A stretch of 64,000 nucleotides of DNA from a virus, in the IMG/VR virus record IMGVR_UViG_3300047323_000675; one strand, 5' to 3'. The position numbers were made by a program, and so were the translations under genes. Position 1 is the first letter of the stretch. Every line of letters starts with the position of its first letter. Positions 57,719 to 64,000 of this stretch are shown in pieces. The notes below the pieces were generated by a model. It saw nothing but the letters and a program-made list of their open reading frames with translations. It was not told the DNA's origin and did not search any database.

Positions 57719-58384
57719 TTAAATTTTAAGTTTATTATTTTTATTTATAGAATGATTTTTTATTAGTTCGTTATTAAGATCACGAGTAATAAATATATTT
57801 GATATTGATGATAATCCATTTTCATCAAGAAAGTTAGTTATTTTCTTGTTCTTTTTAATACTTAATTCAAAAATCATATATTCTACTATATCAAAATTTT
57901 TGTATTTGCAGGCATCCATAAATGCTTGTGTTAGTTTATTTTGTTTTTTGATATCATCAGATGAAAGGAAAAACATTATAATCTCTTTATGATTATATTC
58001 ACAAGCAGCTTCAAAACACGAATTTAATCCAACACTAATAAAAGCATGTTCTTTTAAATCAGGAGAAGTTAATAAGTACTTCACAACATCAACATATCCC
58101 ATTTTAGAAGCCCAATATAACCCACAATCCATTCTTGCATGAATATCCGCATGCTCTTTTAAATCAGGAGAAGTTAATAAATAACTAATAATTTTTAGGT
58201 TCCCATTTCCGCATGCATTGATAAATCCAGCATAATCATTATATGAAATATTAGCATGTTCTGTTAATTCAGGAGAAGTTAATAGATATTTAATTTTTTC
58301 AAAGTCATCTACACGAGTTGCGTTTACAAACGCATGGTTTACATCTATTTTTAATATTTCTAAATTAGGCCAATATGATGTCAT
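57719..58384 (-). CDS. 35-aa ankyrin-repeat family protein
   Basis: ACGNGNLKIISYLLTSPDLKEHADI; tail NNKLKI. Confidence 0.85.
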   Translation of the reverse strand: MTSYWPNLEILKIDVNHAFVNATRVDDFEKIKYLLTSPELTEHANISYNDYAGFINACGNGNLKIISYLLTSPDLKEHADIHARMDCGLYWASKMGYVDVVKYLLTSPDLKEHAFISVGLNSCFEAACEYNHKEIIMFFLSSDDIKKQNKLTQAFMDACKYKNFDIVEYMIFELSIKKNKKITNFLDENGLSSISNIFITRDLNNELIKNHSINKNNKLKI

Positions 58385-58387
58385 AAA

Positions 58388-59938
58388 TTAAATCTTTATT
58401 TTTGCTTTTTTATTAAATTCATTATCGGTAGAAAAACTATATTCTACTAAATTATGTAATGTTTGCTTATATAAAATTTTCTGACTACGAGTTAACTTAG
58501 GGAAAAATATTCCATATGTTTTATTTTTTAATGTAGTTGCTCTATTAATACTTTGGACATGTCTAGCAAGTATTTCAGGAGTTTCAGTCCAATATCCCAG
58601 ATTAATATTTTTTTCATTAGCATGTTTAATTATTGTTTTCATATAAGGCGAAGTTCCAAAAAAGCCTCTACTTCCTTTAAATGGATTATTTAAATTACAG
58701 AAATTATTTTCTTCCAACCATTCTTTTAAAATTTTGCTAATTTTTTCTTTTGCTAAATTTTTATTATTTTGTATAGACTGAAGTTGTTCCTCATTTAACT
58801 TTAATGAAGAAATAAGACTCTTGAGTATATTGCTTGTTGGGGAAAAAAATGATTCCATATTAGCATTGATCATAGTAATGCCAGTTAACGCATAATATTT
58901 AAAATGATCTTTGATACTAGATACTAATTTTTCTTTTTTTTCAGAATCAAGATTATCTAGTTTAGATTTCAAATCACCTAATAATGAGGATAAAATTATC
59001 TCAGTAGAAGAATCAAAAAATAAAGATGATTTAGCTTCATAATTTTGAGAGATTTCTATTATTGACTCATCACTAACCATTTTAACTATAGTTTCTTGAA
59101 AATTATTTAAAAATTTATTGTTAAGTTTATTAATGTTAATATTATCTTTAAATAAATCCATTAATACAAAGCTAGATAAATAACCGTTTTCAAATGCTAA
59201 ATTTCTTTCTTTTGATGGCACAGAATACAATTTATTAAATGCAAGATGATCAAAAATATGTGTATATTCATGAATGAGTGACTCTAAAAACCAATATGGC
59301 TTATTAGGCTTTACTGTAAGAGTAAAATAACCATCATCATTATCTAGGCATGCTCCTTGTGACTCATTTGGAGTAAGCAAAGATGTACAATGTAGAGTCA
59401 ACTTACCATTTAAATTAATTTTTTCTTTTGATAGATTGAAATCTTTCATAAATTTAGTTAAAGATTTTCTTGTAAGTTTCGCCCAATAACTTACCTTATC
59501 CCAATTATCTGTTTTATGGATAATTATTGTTTGAAGATTAAAATCGTTTTTTAATTTATCAACTAAATTTATTGCGATATTTTTATCGCCTTTTAAAGAA
59601 ATAGGCTCATAATTTTTTATAGGGTTTTTCAATATTTTTTCTATTTCTATTTTAAGTACATTCATAATATTATTGTTTATAATATCCAATGTTCTTAAGT
59701 TATCAGAGACTTTCTGATTTTCTTCCTGAATATATATTTTTACATTTTTTCTAGTTTTTGATATACTCTTTTTAATTATCTTTAGATCCTCAATATTTTC
59801 TAAATTATCTAAGTTTGATTTCCATAAAGAAATTATTTCTTTGAAAAATAAATTGCAATTTGGAGAGCCAGAAATATAAATATCAAAAAAATCATCAATG
59901 AATGATTTTAAATAATTAATTTTTTCTTGAGTTATCAT
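58388..59938 (-). CDS. Zincin-like HExxH protein, LPD1-like
   Basis: LIHEYTHIFDH plus distal YWTETPEILAR; ends KKAKIKI. Confidence 0.6.
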   Translation of the reverse strand: MITQEKINYLKSFIDDFFDIYISGSPNCNLFFKEIISLWKSNLDNLENIEDLKIIKKSISKTRKNVKIYIQEENQKVSDNLRTLDIINNNIMNVLKIEIEKILKNPIKNYEPISLKGDKNIAINLVDKLKNDFNLQTIIIHKTDNWDKVSYWAKLTRKSLTKFMKDFNLSKEKINLNGKLTLHCTSLLTPNESQGACLDNDDGYFTLTVKPNKPYWFLESLIHEYTHIFDHLAFNKLYSVPSKERNLAFENGYLSSFVLMDLFKDNININKLNNKFLNNFQETIVKMVSDESIIEISQNYEAKSSLFFDSSTEIILSSLLGDLKSKLDNLDSEKKEKLVSSIKDHFKYYALTGITMINANMESFFSPTSNILKSLISSLKLNEEQLQSIQNNKNLAKEKISKILKEWLEENNFCNLNNPFKGSRGFFGTSPYMKTIIKHANEKNINLGYWTETPEILARHVQSINRATTLKNKTYGIFFPKLTRSQKILYKQTLHNLVEYSFSTDNEFNKKAKIKI

Positions 59939-60534
59939 AATTTAATTTTAGAAGGCTTATTAATTATCTTATCACAAATTAATTCTTTTTCTAGAGATTT
60001 TTTTATTTCTCTCTTATCAAACAATCCTTCAATATAATTTTTAAAATCATTATTAGAATACTGCTTTAAATATTCTGTAATATATCCGCTTCTTTCAATA
60101 TTCAATTCAAAAATTAGATATTCTAGAACAGAATTTTGTTTATTAGCTAAAGCATTACTAAATCCATACTCTATGGCTTCATTTAAACTAACATTATTTC
60201 TATATTTTTGATTAGATAATAAATATTTTGCAATTTGTAATTGTCCTTGATGGCAAGCATAACAAAATGCAGCCCCATTATTAGTTTTTATATCAATATC
60301 AGGATCTTCTAGTAAATATTTAACAACATCCAAATGCCCTTCTTTAGCAGCAAATATTAACGGATATGAATAGGTATTCATGTATTTAACATTGATATCT
60401 GCATGAAGAAATATTTCAGGTGATGTAAGTAAATATTTTACTTTATCTAAATGACCATATTTACAAGCAAGTAAAAAACTTTTATCTATTTCTTCTTGTT
60501 CTAATTCTTTATATTCTTCGTATAATGCATTCAT
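59935..60534 (-). CDS. 35-aa ankyrin-repeat family protein
   Basis: ACKYGHLDKVKYLLTSPEI; tail PSKIKL. Confidence 0.85.
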   Translation of the reverse strand: MNALYEEYKELEQEEIDKSFLLACKYGHLDKVKYLLTSPEIFLHADINVKYMNTYSYPLIFAAKEGHLDVVKYLLEDPDIDIKTNNGAAFCYACHQGQLQIAKYLLSNQKYRNNVSLNEAIEYGFSNALANKQNSVLEYLIFELNIERSGYITEYLKQYSNNDFKNYIEGLFDKREIKKSLEKELICDKIINKPSKIKL

Positions 60535-60536
60535 AA

Positions 60537-60959
60537 TTACAATTTATGCTTTTTTCCTATATTTAAATTTTCTTTAAGTTCCAAACTTATTTCTTTTTTT
60601 AATTCTCGTTGTTGGAAAAAATATTCAGCTTTTTCAATAAACTCAACACAATCGAAACTTTTAGCCTCTTTATATGCCTTTTTATACCATGATAAATGTT
60701 CAGTAATTTTTTCTGTTTGTTGAATATTTAAATCAAAAATTAAATAAGTTAAAACTGATATATCTCGCCAAATACATAATATTCTAAAGGCTTCATCTTT
60801 ATGACTATGAATATCTGCATGATCTTTTAAATCTGAAGAGGATAAAATAAATTTAATTTTGTCAAAATCATTCTCATTCATTGCATCTATAAATGCTTCA
60901 TTTAACTCATCTTTAGTTAAATATTGACAGTGCTCACAATAATTATCAAATTCACTCAT
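60537..60959 (-). CDS. Short ankyrin-family protein (start MSEFDNY at 60959)
   Basis: Paralog of 60961; tail IGKKHKL; the track extends 21 codons into the upstream gene. Confidence 0.8.
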   Translation of the reverse strand: MSEFDNYCEHCQYLTKDELNEAFIDAMNENDFDKIKFILSSSDLKDHADIHSHKDEAFRILCIWRDISVLTYLIFDLNIQQTEKITEHLSWYKKAYKEAKSFDCVEFIEKAEYFFQQRELKKEISLELKENLNIGKKHKL

Positions 60960-60960
60960 T

Positions 60961-61392
60961 TTATAGTTTTGCTTTCTTAATTTTACTTTTATCTTCCGTA
61001 GAAAGAGTGATTCCAAGTTCATCTTTTAATAATCTTTTTTCTAATGCTTGATTAACTTGATCAATAAAGAAGACCTTTTTTTCTTCGCCATAATGTTTGT
61101 ACCAACCTCTAGCAGTTTCTAGATGCTCAACAATAAATTCAGTTCTTTCTATATTCATATCAAATATAAAGAAATTTAAAATCTCCATATTTCTTTTCCT
61201 GCATAAGATTCTAAAAGCTTCATCTTCATCATAATGAATATCAACATAATCCTGTAAGTATGGCGAAGTTAAAAGTAATTTTACATCCTCAATTCTTTCT
61301 TCTTCTACAGCTTTAAGAAATTCTCTATTTAATTGCTCAGGAGTTAATCCCTTACAATAACTTTTGAATAATTTCGGCATTTGTTTAACCAT
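60961..61392 (-). CDS. Short ankyrin-family protein
   Basis: VKLLLTSPYL..DIH..DEAFRILC; tail IKKAKL. Confidence 0.8.
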   Translation of the reverse strand: MVKQMPKLFKSYCKGLTPEQLNREFLKAVEEERIEDVKLLLTSPYLQDYVDIHYDEDEAFRILCRKRNMEILNFFIFDMNIERTEFIVEHLETARGWYKHYGEEKKVFFIDQVNQALEKRLLKDELGITLSTEDKSKIKKAKL

Positions 61393-62294
61393 TATAATTT
61401 CACCTTAACTTTATCTAATCTGTTATCATGTAATTCAGTTTCTAATTCTTTATTTAAATCTCTCATTTGAAAAATTGAGTTCACTTTTGCACAAAAACTA
61501 GCTGTTTCATGAATAAAATAATCGCTAGAAAGATATTCTTCTATGTGTTTACTTTTTTCTATATTTAATTCACAAATCATATACTCTACTATGTTAAGTT
61601 TATGATATCCACAAGCTTGAATAAAAGCTCTATCTCCCATTGAGTGTAGATTTGCATGTTTTCTTAGTTCTTTAGAGTGTAATAAATACTTTACTATATC
61701 TAAATGACCATTTTGGCATGCAGATATAAACCCCCTATCATTTTGCATATTAACATCTAAATTCTCTTTTAGTTCAGAAGATGTTAACAAATACTTTACT
61801 ATATCTAAATGACCATTTTGGCATGCATAAATAAATATATTATCATCCGCTTTTGCATGTTCTTTTAATTTAGGAGATGTTAAAAGAAATCTTATAATAT
61901 TTAAATGCCCATATTCACAAGCTTTAGTTACTAATTTATCAGTTAAAATAGCATGGTTAGTTAATTCTGAAGATGTTAATAAATATTCAAGAATATCTAA
62001 ATGACCAAGTTTACAGCACTGAATTAAAGGTATGTCAGAACAACTATTTATAGCTATATGGGTTTTTAATTTCGGTGAAGTAAGCAAATATTTTACTAAT
62101 TCAAGATTACCACTAATACAAGCTTTAACAAGAATCCAACCTTTATCAGTTTCAATATGAGGATTAAATTTTAAATCAGGGGATGTTAACAAATAATGCA
62201 CTTTCTCAATATCACCTTGCTCAGCAAAAGATAAAAGAAGCATTCCTAATTCATTAAAGTTTTTATTTTTTATATCTTCTTGAAACATTTTCAT
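61392..62294 (-). CDS. 35-aa ankyrin-repeat family protein
   Basis: About 7 repeats, ACQNGHLDIVKYLL twice; tail DKVKVKL. Confidence 0.9.
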   Translation of the reverse strand: MKMFQEDIKNKNFNELGMLLLSFAEQGDIEKVHYLLTSPDLKFNPHIETDKGWILVKACISGNLELVKYLLTSPKLKTHIAINSCSDIPLIQCCKLGHLDILEYLLTSSELTNHAILTDKLVTKACEYGHLNIIRFLLTSPKLKEHAKADDNIFIYACQNGHLDIVKYLLTSSELKENLDVNMQNDRGFISACQNGHLDIVKYLLHSKELRKHANLHSMGDRAFIQACGYHKLNIVEYMICELNIEKSKHIEEYLSSDYFIHETASFCAKVNSIFQMRDLNKELETELHDNRLDKVKVKL

Positions 62295-63097
62295 ATTTTT
62301 GTTTTTTTATTATTTTTATTACTAGGATTAAGCTGTTCATTAAGTTCTTTATTTAATTCTCTTGCAGTAAACATGCCTTCTAAATTTCTAGCGAATGGCT
62401 CCTGATATTGCCACAACAAATCCATTGTATCTTTATTTCTAGGTATATTAAAATCAATAATAAGATATTGTGCTATTTCTAAACTTTCGTTCCAGCGTGA
62501 TGAAAACAAAGCTGCATTGAGATCTGCTATTTCTTTAAAATTAGTATTTGTTAAAAGAAAGCGAACAATTTCTAAATGACCGTTCTCACATGCAAGATTT
62601 AAAATATCTTTACTATTTTCATTAATATCATATTCTTTTAAATATTCTGAATTAAATAAATACTTTATAACATCAATACTTCCATTCTCACAAGCTAGAG
62701 ATATTCCCCAGTAATCATTCTCGCTAATAGAAGCATGTTCTTTCAAATCAGGTGATGTAAGTAAGTATTCTACAATATTGGCGTGTCCATATTTACAAGC
62801 AATCTGTAAACCTGTATCATCTCCTCTATTTCTAGAGTAAATACTTTGGTGGTATTTTAATTCGGGAGATGTTAATAAATACTTTACAAGATCTAGCCAA
62901 CCATACTTACATGCATATAAATAACCATTATAATCAGATTCACTATCAGTAACATCAATATTTGCATGATCTGACAACTCAGGAGAAGTTAAAAGATATC
63001 TTACTTTTTCCAAATCACCATCAATACATGCTTTTAAAAATGCATTATTTTTTTGATAATGGGTTGTATCTTTAAATTCTTCGTAAAAACTATTCAT
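62291..63097 (-). CDS. 35-aa ankyrin-repeat family protein
   Basis: ACKYGHANIVEYLLTSPDLKEH; tail NKKTKI. Confidence 0.85.
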   Translation of the reverse strand: MNSFYEEFKDTTHYQKNNAFLKACIDGDLEKVRYLLTSPELSDHANIDVTDSESDYNGYLYACKYGWLDLVKYLLTSPELKYHQSIYSRNRGDDTGLQIACKYGHANIVEYLLTSPDLKEHASISENDYWGISLACENGSIDVIKYLFNSEYLKEYDINENSKDILNLACENGHLEIVRFLLTNTNFKEIADLNAALFSSRWNESLEIAQYLIIDFNIPRNKDTMDLLWQYQEPFARNLEGMFTARELNKELNEQLNPSNKNNKKTKI

Positions 63098-63165
63098 GAG
63101 GAAATATTTTAATTATACTTAATTATATTAAATTATTATTATCTTTCCAAACTATTAGAGTATTT

Positions 63166-63783
63166 TCATAATTTTATTTTATTATTTATTTTTGTTGGGT
63201 TGTGCTTTAATTCTTTTTCAAGCTCATTTTGTATTTTTTTATTTTCAAACCAATTATTTATTTCTTCAACTGAAAAATCTAAATGATATTCTTGGAGATA
63301 TTTTTCAATCTCACTAGTTTTTTGCATATTTAATTCAAAAATAAAATATTTAATCATATCAAGATAACCTCTTTTACAACATATTTTGAATACTTCATCA
63401 TCTTGAGAATGAATATCAGCATGTTCTTTTAAATTAGGTGAAGATAATAAATATTTAACAATATCCATATGCTCATTTTCACATGCCCATCGAAAAGCAT
63501 ATCCATCACGAGCATTAGGGCTAATATGATCTTTTAAAAATGGAGATGTTAAGAGAAACTCGACTAATTTAAAATCTCCATTTGTGCAAGCCCAAACTAA
63601 TGCATAATCATTACAATGATGTATATCTGCATTAAGTTTTAATTCGGGCGAAGTTAAAAGATATATAACTTTTTCAAATCCTGTTTTGTATTGAAAAGAA
63701 GCAAAAATGAATTCATCATTAATTTCTTTTTGATTTAAATCTTTAAATCTATCGTATAAAGATATCTCTGTATTATTTTCCAT
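63166..63783 (-). CDS. 35-aa ankyrin-repeat family protein
   Basis: ACENEHMDIVKYLLSSPNLKEHADI; tail NNKIKL. Confidence 0.85.
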   Translation of the reverse strand: MENNTEISLYDRFKDLNQKEINDEFIFASFQYKTGFEKVIYLLTSPELKLNADIHHCNDYALVWACTNGDFKLVEFLLTSPFLKDHISPNARDGYAFRWACENEHMDIVKYLLSSPNLKEHADIHSQDDEVFKICCKRGYLDMIKYFIFELNMQKTSEIEKYLQEYHLDFSVEEINNWFENKKIQNELEKELKHNPTKINNKIKL

Positions 63784-63788
63784 ATTAT

Positions 63789-64000
63789 TTAGATTTTAGG
63801 TTTCTTTTCCATAGAGTTATTAATTGGTAAATCCTTATTTAACGATTTATTTAATTCCCTTTGCTCAAATAATTGTTTTACAATATTAAGCTGTTCATCA
63901 GAACAAAATGCAAAATAAGCTTCAGTAGCTTTATTATATTCGTAATTCTCTTCAAAGATCATCTTTTTAATAGTATCTAAATCATTTGCTTGACAAGCAG
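63789..64000 (-). CDS. Partial ankyrin-family gene (3' end, runs off window)
   Basis: Hand translation ...ACQANDLDTIKKMIF...LFEQRELNKSLNKDLPINNSMEKKPKI*. Confidence 0.8.
   Translation of the reverse strand, partial: ACQANDLDTIKKMIFEENYEYNKATEAYFAFCSDEQLNIVKQLFEQRELNKSLNKDLPINNSMEKKPKI

Noticed and set aside
1-64000. Stop-codon reassignment
   Set aside because: Paralog families end at conserved tails under code 11 using TAA, TGA and TAG; only one in-frame stop was found and there is no suppressor-anticodon tRNA in the window.
10691-64000. Diversity-generating retroelement acting on the repeat arrays
   Set aside because: There is no reverse transcriptase and no TR/VR pair with adenine-only differences visible; ordinary duplication explains the repeats.
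27177-64000. C-terminal tail as peroxisomal PTS1
   Set aside because: Only a few ends (SKL, AKL, CKL) fit [SAC][KRH][LM]; most have P, I, L, N or T at -3 and many end in Ile or Val.
27177-64000. Eukaryotic giant-virus origin implied by ankyrin/DUF285 expansions
   Set aside because: Sigma70 promoters, SD motifs, intrinsic terminators, overlapping operons, CCA-encoding tRNAs, a lipobox protein and an attenuator all indicate bacterial expression.

Overview
Very AT-rich window (roughly 25% GC by eye) from what looks like a jumbo phage or other large extrachromosomal element of a Gram-negative host. It uses genetic code 11, sigma70-type promoters, intrinsic terminators and CCA-encoding tRNAs, and contains no housekeeping or virion genes; the replicon type is inference. 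Contents: (1) 1-22 kb, accessory genes including nine DUF285/BspA-like repeat genes, a lipase, an ATP-grasp ligase, a free-standing endonuclease, an entericidin-like lipoprotein and a YegP-like protein; (2) 22.4-24.1 kb, a minus-strand tRNA array made almost only of divergent tRNA-Tyr(GUA) and tRNA-Glu(UUC/CUC) genes plus several odd RNAs; (3) directly upstream, a promoter, an unannotated 44-aa leader ORF with a Y-Y-Y-E-R-E-E codon run, and mutually exclusive 1:2 / 2:3 / 3:4 helices ending in a terminator. This is an apparent ribosome-stalling attenuator that would switch on the Tyr/Glu tRNA array when Tyr or Glu decoding fails, and is the top finding; (4) an RlmN-like radical SAM gene lacking the resolving Cys; (5) 27-64 kb, about 45 co-oriented 35-aa ankyrin-repeat paralogs, interrupted by an IS607-like tnpB-only element that splits an HTH gene at a GG core. 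About 66 of about 90 real proteins, from unrelated families, end in the same helix plus K-rich K-[ILVM]-COOH tail. All structures and counts were worked out by hand; no database searches or folding programs were run.
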